Positions 35,498-57,564 of a stretch of 64,000 nucleotides of DNA are shown piece by piece. The DNA comes from Neocallimastix sp. 'constans'. Lineage: Eukaryota. Position 1 is the first letter of the stretch; every line of letters starts with the position of its first letter. A program made the position numbers and the translations under genes. The notes beneath the pieces are model-generated. The model was not told the DNA's origin and did no database searches. It saw only the letters and a program-made list of their open reading frames with translations. Location: positions 372,001 to 436,000 of the forward strand of contig JBODTK010000118.1 of assembly GCA_050613775.1 (NCBI GenBank), read 5' to 3'.

Positions 35498-37859
35498 TAT
35501 TATTATTTTAAGGATTTTAATATAAATATCAAATATGAAATAATATTAATTAAAAAAAATTCTATTACTATTATTTACATAAGATTTTTTTTTTTAAAAA
35601 AAATATCATTTATATTATTGTATATATATTGAAAAAATAAAAAAAATAATTTTTTTAAAATTATTTTTCGTAAGTACATATATATATTTTAATATTTATA
35701 TAATTTTACTTATAAAAGTTTTTAATTGTTGTTATTTTAAACTCTTTTATATTACTATTAATTAATATTAACTTCTAAAAATTTTTATTTAAATTATCAA
35801 AAAATATAATTCTAATATAGTATTATAAACATTGTATGAATGTTAATATAAATATACATTTATTTACAAGGATATATTAAAGCTTATTTTATAATATTAA
35901 TAAATAACAACTTTTATTAAAAAATAATAAAAATTATAAATCTGATTTTAAATTTGAATTTTTTATTCTTTTTTTTTAAAATATTTTCAAAAAGAAAAAA
36001 TATAAATACGAAAGAAAAAAGTACATATATAAACTATCCTTCAAATATATTAAAAATTAAAATTTGATTCTCACCAAAACTCTATTCTATGAAGTTTTTA
36101 ATTTAAATATATGTTATATATATTATAATACAATTTTATAAGTAAATGTTAATTAATGAATTAATGATATTTATTTTTTAATGATATTTAATATAGACAA
36201 ATTTTTACAATTTTTATAGTTTGAAAAAGGATATATTAAAAAAATTATTCCTACACTTTTATAAACATATTTTATATCAAGTTAAACTATATAATATATA
36301 AGAATATTATTTATACAATATTTCAACTTTTTTTTTTTTGTCTTTTTGAAAAATTAATAAAATATAAAAACAAAATAAAACATACTTGATAATAACAAAT
36401 AAATAAAAGTTATAATTCTTATTTTATAAGATTATTTTTTTCATTCTAAATTATAAATAATATTTATTCATTTTATTATATATAATAAAAATATAAATTA
36501 TAAATAATTTTAAAATATTTTTTAATGTTAATAATAAATAAAGTAAATTAATTTTAATATTATGATGGATATTGGATTTAAAAACATAAAAGGGATTTTG
36601 ATCTATAAAAAAAACAAGTAAATTTTATATAAAATGGTTGGATTATTTATTATTATTTAAAGCTATTTATATGAAATAAAAACTTTATAATTAATACTAT
36701 ATGAATTTTAATATTGATGATTAACCTTTTTTTTTTAAATATTCTCCATAACAAGAAAAAAAGAAATTATATATGTATATTATAATCAATTACTAATATA
36801 TTCTTTTTTTCGAATTTCATATTTATTAAAAAATAATAAATAAAATAAAGTTTTGTGTAACAAGCTTCCATCTCAAACTAATAAACATTTGATAACAAAA
36901 ATCAATTTGTTAATCATAATTAATAAGTGCATAATATATAATTGAATAATATATATTTTGCACATTACCAATTTAATTACAATAGTTATATATATACCTT
37001 TATATTATAATATATTAAATAATGTTTATCTTATAAAAGATTTAAACTTTAATTACTATTATCTTTAATATATTCCAAAATTTTAAATATTGTCAAAAAG
37101 TTAAATATTAGTTATAAAAATTAGTTATATAAAGATTAATCTAAACTAATAAAAAAACCCATAATTAATCATTTTATTTATTTATTTATTTATTTATTTA
37201 TTATTTAAAAAAAAAGGTTTATTCATTAATAAAATATTATAGGCACCATTAAAGGAATTATATATCTATTTATAATAATTAAAATTTATAATATTTAATG
37301 ATAAGGAAAAAAATAATACGAAAATGCTTTGGGCAAATTTTAAAAAGCTGAAAATAAAATTTAAACCTTTTGGAAATTTTTATTCTTACCATTAAGATAT
37401 AGCATAATTAAATATATTATTATTTAAAATATATAAATAAATATAATATTAATATTTAATATTTACTTAAGTTAGATAATCATTATATATATTTGTTTTA
37501 TTTTTTCTTCGATTTTTATTGTTTTTTTTTTTTTTTTTTTTTTTGTAATTATATATATATTTATTTAATTCAAAGAAGAAACAAAAGAATATGATAAATA
37601 TTTAATATTAAAATTACTACTTCTACATTCTAATATTTAAATTACAGTACATAATTTAGTAGTTCTTTAATTAAAGCTATTATTTAGTAATACTTATTTT
37701 TTATTTTTTAATTATTGTTCATTGCTATTTTTTTTTATAAGTTTATTTTTTAATTATGTTATTTTTTTTATAAGTAAATAATTATTAAATAAATATTAAT
37801 TATTGAAATTAAATAAAATTAATATATATACAATAATTATTGTTTAATAATTAATCATA

Positions 37860-37906
<47 letters not shown>

Positions 37907-38895
37907 TAAATTGCATTTTAAAAGTAATGAACTGATGTATTTAAAGAAAAAAAAAAGATATTAATATATATTAAACTTAATATATTATTAAACTAAAATT
38001 TTTTAATTAATAACTATTGTATGATATGAAACTATTGAAGACGTAAATTTAAATAATTAATACATTTATTAAAAAAGTTAATATCGTTTTAACCTAACCA
38101 TAATCAATTTTTGAAATGCGAAATTTATTGTATTAATTCTTATTACTGAATTAAATAATAGATAATTTATATCATAAAATTTATTATTGTGTAATGATTC
38201 ATGTGATTAAATATATACTGATATATATTTAATTTTGAAATTTTAATTCTGAATAAATTAGATATATATGATATAAAACAAATATGTGTAGTAACATATT
38301 TGTATATTTAATAATAATTATTAAATATTAAATTTATATTTTTTTTTGATAATAATTATTTTATTTTATTTTATTTCAATATGTATTATTATAATTATAA
38401 TAATTATAATACTTTATTTCATATAAAATTTATATAGTTCTATATATTAGAATATATAATTAATATATTACCTATTTCTTATAAATTAAATTATTTATAT
38501 TAGAAATAGAGAACTCTCTTGTAAATTTTTAGGAATTAGAATTATTATTTTAATTGTACGAATTTATAATTTTATTAATAAAATTTACTAAACTACCATT
38601 ATTTAAAACCCACTGCTTATAAATTATTGCACATAAAAGTCCCGCATATCATATATTTAATCACGTGAATTGTTATAACATTAATAAATTTTATGATATA
38701 AATTATCTATTATTTATTATTAAATCTGGTCATAATTAGTATTTTAATTAAAATTTTGAAAAAAGTTTTATGATTTTATTTCTTCAATATTTAAATACGT
38801 TCTTTTAGATATTATTTATAAATTTTGTAATTGTATAATATATTTTATAATATTTTTTAAATAATATAAATAAATAAGTAAATAAATAAGTAAAA

Positions 38896-39729
38896 ATGTC
38901 TTCTAAAACTGATAAAGAAGTTCTTCTTGATATGGGCTTTGAAGAAATCAGAATGTAATTAGTTTTATAAAATATATTTTTATTATTATATTTTATATAT
39001 ATATTAATTTATTTTAATTTTAAATAGGTAATAACAACATATTATTAATATTATTATTCATACCTTTTAAAAAATAATTATATAAATATATATATTAAAT
39101 AGTAATAAAGCTTTAACTGAAACCAATAATTCTGGCCTTCAACCAGCCATGGACTGGTAAATTTAAAAAATAATTGTATAAAATGTATTATACCTAATTT
39201 TAATTAATTGGTATTATTAATTAATGTATTTTGTTTTATATAGGCTTTTAGCTCATGCTGATGATCCAATTGAAAGTTTTATTGAAGATGTTACTTCAAA
39301 TGATGTATCTTCTGCTGCTGAAACAAAAGATACTTCCATGGAGGAAAATGGTAATAAAGAAGAAAATAGTGGTAAATAAATATACATTTTAAAATAATAC
39401 ATTTTAAAATAATTAATAATTTAAATAAATATGAATTTCATAGATTCTTTTTTTAATTTTTCTAAATTTTTATTTATATAAAAATTATTGAATTAATCTA
39501 TATTGAATAAAAACAATTTTGTTAATTTTTAATAATATAAATATAATAAATAGCACCATCTAATAATGATGGTGAAGCTAAATCTCTTATATGTAATGAT
39601 TGTCAAAAAATTTTAAAGGATGGTAAAGCTTAATTATATATATATATAAATTTTTATTATTTTTATTTTTATTTTTTTTTTAAAGTAAAGTAAATAAATA
39701 AATATATAAACGATGACGATATAAATTAA

Positions 39730-39783
<54 letters not shown>

Positions 39784-41142
39784 AATGAAACATTAGTTAA
39801 TTGCAATTATATTGCATATTTTATTAATATTAGTATATTATCAAACATTATTATATGTATATTTATATTTAAATTTTTATATTAAAATTTATTATTTATT
39901 TATTATTATTATTTTTTCGTAATATTAGCCCAAGCCGCCGAATTTCATGCTATTAAGACAGGCCATCAAAACTTTTCAGAATCAACTGAAGCTGTTAAAC
40001 CATTAACAGAAGAAGAAAAGAAAGCTAAATTAGAAGAATTAAAACAACGTTTAAAGGAAAAGCGTTTAATGAAGCAAAAAGAAGAACAAGAATATGAAAA
40101 ACAAAAAGAAAAGGTTAGAAGAAGAACAGGTAAAGAGTTAAATGAAGCTCGTGAACGTATGGAAAAAGAGGAACTTAAGAGAATATACGAAAAGAAAAAG
40201 AGAGAACAAATTGAAGAAAAAAAAGCAAGGGCTAGAGTTAAAGCTCAAATTGAACAAGATAGAAAAGAGCGTGCCGCTAAAGTATATATATTAATTCTTA
40301 TAGTTTAAATAAAATATAAATTATTAATATTTTAATGTTCCTAAAATAAATGTTATATAATAATATGTATGTTTATTAATAAATATTATTTTAATTTGTA
40401 ATGTAAATAATTATTAATATGAAATTTGAATAAAGCTCGAAGAACAAAAAAGATTAAGAGAAGGTAAACTGCCAATTTCAAATAGTAGTTCAAATGTTAG
40501 TCTTAATTCAACCCCATCTGAATCAATTGATTATTCTGAAACTAGTATTCAAGTAGTTATCTTAATAACATATGTTATAAGTTGGATATAAGTTGATCAA
40601 TATATATTTATTGAGTATTAATTCTTAATATTTAATTTTTATTTTTATTTATATTTTTATTTTATTTATTTATTTTTTTATTTTAAAGATTAGATGCCCA
40701 GGAATGGCACCATTAACTCATGATTTTAATTCAAACGATACTTTAGAAAAAGGTATCATATAAATATATATACTAAAATATTATAATTTGTTAATTAATA
40801 TGAATAATTTTTTATTTTTCTATATTTAAAGTTTATGAATTTTTATTATCTAACAAACCAGAATTTTCAGGATATTCATTGTCAACAACGTAATTAAATT
40901 TATCATTAAATATTAAATATATATTATAAATAAATAAATAAATAAAATATATTATTATTAATTTAATAAAATTTATATATAAAAGTTATCCAAGAAAGGT
41001 TTTTACAGATCAAGATAAAAGTAAAACTTTAAAGGAATTAGGTAATATATATTTTATATTAATAAAATTTTAAGTTTTATTGTATTAAATTTATTAATAT
41101 TAATTAATTAATTATTTTTATATTTGTTACATTTCTTTTACT

Positions 41143-41204
<62 letters not shown>

Positions 41205-41253
41205 TTCATTAGATCTTGTTCCAAGTTCAGTTTTAGTATTAGTTAATCATTAA
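38896..41253 (+). CDS. UBA - C2H2 zinc finger - coiled coil - UBX protein (UBXN1/SAKS1-like Cdc48/p97 adaptor), ~10 exons
   Basis: LLDMGFEEIRI-NKALTETNNSGLQPAMDW-LLAH (UBA); SLICNDCQKILKD-AQAAEFHAIKTGHQNFSESTE; KARARVKAQIEQDRKER; ETSIQ-IRCPG..FNSNDTLEK-VYEF..STT-YPRKVF..KTLKEL-DLVPSSVLVL (UBX). Confidence 0.93.
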
Positions 41254-41390
41254 ACTCAAGAAACTACATTAAATAAATAAAATCATTTATTTATTTATTT
41301 ATTTATTTTTTTTTTTTTTTTTTTTTGTTATATGATAAAATTAAATATTTTTTCAATTTTTAAAAAAGATTAAATATATATTTTTTTTAA

Positions 41391-41433
<43 letters not shown>

Positions 41434-42460
41434 TAAATGATTTCACTTTATAAAACAATTAAGCAATTTAAATTTTAAATGCGTATAATTTTTAAAATTA
41501 ATATAAAATAACAAACTAACAAGATAACAAAAAAAAAAAAAAAAAAAAAAAATCAAATCAAGCAAAAACATAAATAATAATAAAACTAATACATGTATTT
41601 ATTAATATAATAAATAATCGTAAATAAAATTAAATTAATAAAATGAATATAAAAAGTAAATACTAATATAATTATTGTTACTACTATTTTATTTTATTAA
41701 ATTTTTTATTCCTTACAATACTTAATTCAATTTTGATATTTTAGTTTATATGACATATTAATTTATACATTTATTTATTTATTATAACTAACTAACTAAC
41801 TAAATAAATAAATAAATAAATAAATAGATAAATAAATAAATAAATAGATAAATAAATAAATAAATAGATAAATAAATAAATAAATAAATAATAAATAAAT
41901 AAATAATAAATAAATAATAAATAAATAAATAAATAAATAGATGGTTAAACTCAACAAACTGAAATATAATTATTTAAATATTTGGTAAAAATTTATTAAG
42001 GATTAAGGAATATATGTAAATCTTTGTTAAACAATAATATTAAAATAAATAATTTGAATTTTAAATATTATTAAATTTTTAGATTTATTATATCAATAAT
42101 CTATAACCTAAATTTATGTCATTTTATAATTTAATTATATTTAAATTTTAAACTTTCTAGTTATTATTATTATTATTATTATTATTTTTTTAAACTTTTA
42201 TTATTCCATTATTTTATAATCTATATATATATAAACTATAATGTTTTATTATATCAAATAAGATAATTATAAATTCGATGATCAGATCATAATTTATGTA
42301 TAAGATTATGGCCATAAAAAAAAAAAAAAAAGAATCTGAAATAATTAAATGTTAATAGTAAATACTAATATTCTTAAATAAACAATATTTTAATGATTAT
42401 AACATTTTTTTATTTAATATATTTACTTTAAATTTTCATTTATTTAATATAATTTTTTTT

Positions 42461-42890
42461 GACTGGGATTAACGAAAGGGGGGGACAATAGGCCTCCAGT
42501 CTCTCCCTTAAACAGACTTTCATTGGATACTTTGCCATAATGTTTTGATGCCGATGTGGTCCTCTATTTAAGAAAGACTATTATAAAAGAAATTTATGTT
42601 TGCCGCTTTATATAACGGACTTCTTTTCAGTGATCTCTTGAACTATCATCGAGGAGGAACAACTACACTAAGCTTCTCACAGATGAAGTGCATTCTACAC
42701 TAGCAATTATATATTCTAACAATAGGAATACTTACCATAGTAAAACTTCATTTAAAAAAAAAAAGCATCCTTCGGGAGTATGAAAATCGTCCTATATAAA
42801 TTCAGGAGGTATTCTCGAGGTTGATATAGAAACCTTATATATGTTAATCCCGAGTACTAACCATCAGGATAAAGGTTTGAAAGACACTAA
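42461..42890 (+). ncRNA. Candidate structured non-coding RNA or mobile-element end, class unknown
   Basis: GC-richer island without a long ORF. GGGATTAAC (42465-42473) is complementary to GTTAATCCC (42843-42851); 11-bp hairpin at 42476-42509; cUUCGg tetraloop at 42768-42777. Confidence 0.4.
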
Positions 42891-43673
42891 ATATAAATGA
42901 TTTTAAAATTTCTTTAAATTATTATACTTTATAGCATTAATAACAAAATAATAATGAAAGACATTAAATTTTTAAAATAGAAGATAAATAAATAAATTAA
43001 TAATAAATACATAAATGCAATAAATATAATGAAAAAATTATATATATAAAAAAATGGAAGTACTAATACAATATTAATAATAACTAAGTAAAAATAAAAA
43101 CAATTGATATATATAATATATAAATTAATATTTTTTTTTTTTTTTTTTTTTAAATAGCTATGTATATATAATTATAAATTTAATAATCACTATTTTCATT
43201 ACTTTTTAAGCATATGTTAATATGTAAAAGCAATAAATTTTAAAAAAAATTTTTCTCTATATTTAATGCTCATAAACAATTATTTTTAAAAATAGAAGTT
43301 TATCCTAATTAAAAAAATTTTATTTATTATAAAATATGAAAATAGTCAATTTTTAATATAATTTAGATTTTAAGAAAATATCTTCGTATTTGCTATATTT
43401 TTGTGGACTTTTTTTATTTTTATTTTTGAGTATAAATATTTCCTTAAAAATATTTTTATCTCATCTTAAATTTTAAATATTCAGAAAATAGAAAAAAAAA
43501 ATTAAAAAATATTAAAATAATATATTTAATTAATGGTAATAATAATATTAAAAAATAAAAAAAAATTACAATAATATATATTTTTTTTTTAATATTTTTT
43601 ATAAATAAAATATATTTATTATATTAATCATATTTATTAGTAGTATAATTAATTTGAATAATAATAATTTTAA

Positions 43674-43731
<58 letters not shown>

Positions 43732-43883
43732 CTCTGAAAAATTTTTTTATTATCGGTTTTTATTTTAATATAAATAATCTATCTAATTATATTAAAGGAA
43801 ATAAAAAAAGTTGATACATATTAAATAATTAAATAAGTTAAAAGTTATAACATTATAATAAAAAAATTAATATATTAAAGATA

Positions 43884-45028
43884 ATGTCTGAGACAAGGTA
43901 TATATTTTACTAATATATATAAATATATATATATAAATCAAAGAAATAATAGAAAAGAAATAATATTTCAACTATATCAAGCAATATAATATATATATGT
44001 ATATTTATTATGTCATAATATCATAATTGATATTTATATGCAAAATATTAATAATTTATATATCATATTATATTTAAATGAAATAAAAATAGAGTATTAA
44101 TTAATTATTATTAAATATCAATTATTTCATTTCATAAAAAAATATTAATTATAATATATATTCTCCTTTTTTTTTTTTTAAATAACTTATAAAATGATTT
44201 ATTTAAATATAATAAAATAATATAATATCATTTTAAAATAATATTTAAATGAATATAAGATTGTATGAGTCTGTCATTCAACCATTGACAGCAGAAAATC
44301 TTCAAATACTTCAAGAACAATATAAGAGTATTAAGAAGACTTCAACTACAGCAAGAATTATTAAATGGCTATCTGAAATTCCACAGAATTTAGGATCAGC
44401 GGATAATATGTCAACATCTAATGATAGGAAAGAGGGGAGTGAATATCAAAGCCAAAATATAAATAATAAAGGAACTGATAATTTAGATTCTCAGCCACAA
44501 CAAAGAAGTTTGGAAAAAATTAATAAAGAGAATAGTCATCAAAGCTTTAATGAATATAATAAAAAGAATGAAAGTAATAATGATTATGATAGAATGAAGA
44601 AGATGAATACACCGAGTACTGCTAATAATGCAACGGAAAAACGTTCATCAAGAGATAAAGGTAGACTTTGTTGTTATTTGAAGGTTGAAATTGGAGGAAA
44701 TACACAATTATTACCAATTCATGAGGTAAAATTATTAATATATAGGGAAGTAAAAAAAAAAAAGATAAAATATATTTTATATAATAATAAGTATATTATT
44801 TTTAAGAACAGAAATATAATATTATGAAGTATTAATTAAAAAAAAATAATTATCTCATTAATTAAAATAAAAACTAAATTGAAATTTCTAATTTCGTTGA
44901 ATATGAAAAAAAGGAGGAATAATTATATAAAAATATGTTATTAATAATGATAGTTAGTTTATATTTATAAGTTACTATTGATTATTTCAGTTTTTAGTTT
45001 TATTTTATTTTTTTTTAATTTATTATTA

Positions 45029-45059
<31 letters not shown>

Positions 45060-45349
45060 TTTAATTTTATGATTATTGTTATTTTATATTTTATGTATTG
45101 CTCTTTTAATTGTTATAGTATGATATACCACAAAATCTTGCCTACAATTTTTGTAAATCCAATAATGTAAGTTCATAAAAGTTATTAAATATATATATAT
45201 TTCTATACAATTATAAAATACTAATACTATAATATTTTGTTATTATTATTGTATTATTATTATAAACAATAAAGATACTGAATTCAGTTAACTCCTTGAA
45301 AGAACATATAATAAATGCAATTGAAAATTATAGTAAAACTTTGAAATAA
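43884..45349 (+). CDS. Hypothetical protein, 4 exons, with small C-terminal globular domain
   Basis: MSETR-LYESVIQPLTAENLQILQEQY..RIIKWLSEIP..CYLKVEIGGNTQLLPIHE-YDIPQNLAYNFCKSNN-ILNSVNSLKEHIINAIENYSKTLK*; GT-AG introns keep frame. Confidence 0.75.
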
Positions 45350-45380
45350 ATTTTTATATTCTAATTATAATTTATATTTG

Positions 45381-45428
<48 letters not shown>

Positions 45429-45533
45429 TTTTTTAATATTTAATGGTATATTGAAAATTGGTATTTATTTTTCATTTATGCTTATATATTAATATTAATA
45501 TATAAATAAAATGATAAGTGAATGCTAATTTCA

Positions 45534-45564
<31 letters not shown>

Positions 45565-45761
45565 TTCAATCAATATATATATATATTATATATATATATA
45601 TATTTTATTCATTATTTTCATATATGAATTTTCATTTCTTTTATTGTTATTATTATTATTTTTTTGTAGTGTATATATAAACATTATTTATTTATATTTA
45701 TTAAATATTATATCATATATTATTAGAATTATTATTTTAATTATTTTTTTTCTTTTCTTTT

Positions 45762-45794
<33 letters not shown>

Positions 45795-45949
45795 TTATTA
45801 CTTTATATTTCTTTCGAATAAATTAAAAATACTTAAAAATGAAATGACGATATGATGATATAATATAATTAATAATTGAAAATTAAAATAAATAAATAAA
45901 TAAAATAAATAAAAATAAATAAAAATAATAATAAAAAAAATTAATAAAT

Positions 45950-45995
<46 letters not shown>

Positions 45996-46061
45996 TATAA
46001 CCTTGGGTAAAAAAAATAATAAATAATAAAATATAAAGCATCTAATAGTTCTGAAATATCG

Positions 46062-46253
46062 ATGCCTAAAAGAAAATCAAAGTTAAAAAGTAAAACAAAA
46101 ATTAATCGAAATGAAAATCATAGTAAAACAAAATTCAATAAAAATGAAAATATTAATAAAATAAATACAAATAAATTGACAAAATCAAATGAAAATATTA
46201 TGAAAAATAGGACAAAATCCAAGACGAAAACAAGTAAAAAAGTTCAAGCAGTT

Positions 46254-46310
<57 letters not shown>

Positions 46311-46472
46311 TAATATTATTTAATATCGAATTTACATCCAATTAGATCTAATATTTATTCTAATTTTTATAAATAGGATAAAAATTTAAAAAGTAATGAA
46401 AATCTAAAGAAAAAAGTTAATACAAAATATTTAAAAAGCACAAATCGTAGCCAAAAATTATATCAATTATAG
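46062..46472 (+). CDS. Possible short Lys/Asn-rich protein or decayed gene, 2 exons
   Basis: ATG ORF MPKRKSKLKSK..KKVQA, GT donor at 46251, AG acceptor near 46376, continuing DKNLKSNENLKKK..LYQL*. No recognisable domain. Confidence 0.3.
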
Positions 46473-46903
46473 GTTAATGAAAATGGATAAAAAAAAAATG
46501 GAAAGGTACCATGGGAAAAAAAAAAATAAAATTGTATAATAACTAATAAAAAAAAAAGTAAAAAACAATTACAGAGAAAAAAAATTGAAAAAAAAAAAAA
46601 ATTTAAAAGAACAAAAAAAAAACAAAAAAAAAAAAAAAAAAAAATAAAGAATACTATTAAACAATTATTATTGTTATTAATTATTTATATAATAAAATAT
46701 CAACATATCATTTTAATATTATAATAAATAAAATGATAATGAAAATTAAAATAAAAATTTAATATATAAATATGTGTTGTTATTTTTTATTTTTATTTTT
46801 ACATTTATTTTTTTTTTTTTTTTTAGAGTTTTTAATTGTCTATATATATTATAATTTAATTTCAAAAATATAAGCTTTATATAAGAATATATATATATAT
46901 AAG

Positions 46904-46950
<47 letters not shown>

Positions 46951-47349
46951 ATTTTACTTTTTATTTTTATAACATTTAAATTATGTTAATTAAAAAATAA
47001 TAAAATTTATTAAATTAAAATTATTATAACAAAAAATAAATCTATATTAAAAAACTATTATAATTCATTTGACATTAAAACAGGATAATTTATAACAAAA
47101 AACAAAATTATATTTATAATACAATTGACATTAAAAAAAAAAAAAAACATATATTCATATATTACAATATATTATTAATAAATATAGTTTATATGTATTG
47201 TTCCATAAATAAGTTTATAATAATTTTAATAGAACTATAAATAAATTAATTTTATTTTTACACATAATTTTTTATGAAAATAAAATTTAAAAATTTTTAT
47301 CAAGAAAAAATTTTCCTTTAACTTTTTTAAAAAAAAAATAAAAATAAAG

Positions 47350-48130
47350 ATGTCAGGAAAAGGTATATTGAAGTCAATGAATAAATTAATAAGAAATATA
47401 GTGTTTATATACTAATCATATATATTTTTTTACTGAAAATTAATGTATATATTATATATATATATTCTTTATAATGATTTTTTTAAAAAAATATTTGAAA
47501 TTTCTTAATTAATTATTATTTTTAAAAGACGACTTAAATGTTGAATTACCACCAGAGATTACTAAACCAGGTTCAGCAAAAGAAATCTCTATTGGTTGTC
47601 TAGCTGGTTTTTGTTCAGGATATGCCACTAAAAAAGTATATAATTATATTCTATTTTCTTTATTATTATATCAAAATTTATTTATTATTATATCAAATAT
47701 ATAATAAAATTGATATATATTTAATTATAGTTAAGTAAAAAGGCTGGTGTTGCACTTGGTGCTGGTTTTATTGGTATTCAAGTAAGTTTTAAACAGATGA
47801 CAATTATAAAAATTGTTATATTCTGAAAAAATGATATTAAGTCGTTGTGATATTTTTCTTTATACATATATATTTATATATATTTATATATATTTAAATG
47901 ATAAATAATTTTATTGTTTAAAGGCTCTTAATCACACTGGATTAGTTACTGTACACTGGGATGTACTTGAAAAGAAATTAGTTAAATCTTTAGATCAAGA
48001 TAATGACGGTAAATTAACTCAAAAAGATCTTAATATTGTATCTGCTCGTTATTTACATCTTTTGACTCAAGATTTACCATTTGCTGGTGGTTTTGCTGCC
48101 TCTTTTGCTCTTGGTATGAAATATGGCTAA
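47350..48130 (+). CDS. FUN14: FUN14/FUNDC family outer-membrane protein, 4 exons
   Basis: EISIGCLAGFCSGYATKK-LSKKAGVALGAGFIGIQ-ALNHTGLVTVHWDVLEKK..LDQDNDGKLTQKDL..LTQDLPFAGGFAASFALGMKYG* is the FUN14 signature. Confidence 0.93.
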
Positions 48131-48642
48131 TTACAATTGAATAATGAAAATAAATAGTCAAAACAATAAATCTAATAATAAATAAATCAATAAATAAATT
48201 AATACATAAATAATAAATAAATATATAAATAAATTAATACATAAATAATAAATAAATGAATTCTTAAAAAATTATTCGTAATAAATATAAATAATAAATA
48301 AATGAATTATTTAAAAAATTATTCATAATAAATATAAATAATAAATAAATGAATAGAATTGTTATTAATTTAATGAAAATTTTCTAAAAAAAAAAAAAAA
48401 GTTAAAAATTATAAGAGAAAAATAACTATAAATAATAAATAAAAAATAATATATCAAAATATCATTTAGTGTTATATTGAAAGTGTATAATATTTTAAAA
48501 ATGACCAAGAAAAAAAAGAATTTTTTTTATTTCAAAAAAAAACTTTTATTATTATTATTTTTTTATGAAATAATTTATAATTTTATTCATTAATAATTAA
48601 AAAGATTAAATATATATAAAAACTGTTAAATCAAAATTAATA

Positions 48643-48643
<1 letters not shown>

Positions 48644-48741
<98 letters not shown>

Positions 48742-48822
48742 ACTAATTAATAAATTAATAGATAAATAAATAAACTAATTAATAAATTAATAAATTAATA
48801 AATTAATAAATTAATAAATTAA
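48644..48822. repeat. (TAAA)n and (TAAATTAA)n arrays
   Basis: Directly visible, intergenic. Confidence 0.9.
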
Positions 48823-49095
48823 TATATATATTTAAGAAAAAAGTTTTAATTATTAATATTATGACTATATAAATATATATATAAATATATATAATATTAC
48901 TAAATTGAATTATAGTGTTTTTTAGTATATGAAAAAAATTTTATTTTTAAAAAAAATTTTTTTTAATAATAGTAATAATAGTAATAATAAAAATAATAAT
49001 AAAAAAATATTATTGTGAAACTGGAAATTATTATATAACATTTATTTCATTAAAGTACCTTTATATGCTATAAAGGTATTTAAATAATATGTAAA

Positions 49096-57564
<8,469 letters not shown>

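Noticed and set aside
38640..38667. TCCCGC and CACGTG words upstream of the UBX gene
   Set aside because: Single short motifs with no independent support.
42711..42866. U1 snRNA (ATACTTACC) or snR30/U17 motifs inside the island
   Set aside because: U1 needs ATACTTACCTG at a 5' end plus an Sm site; the m1/m2-like words are imperfect and lack the closing stem.
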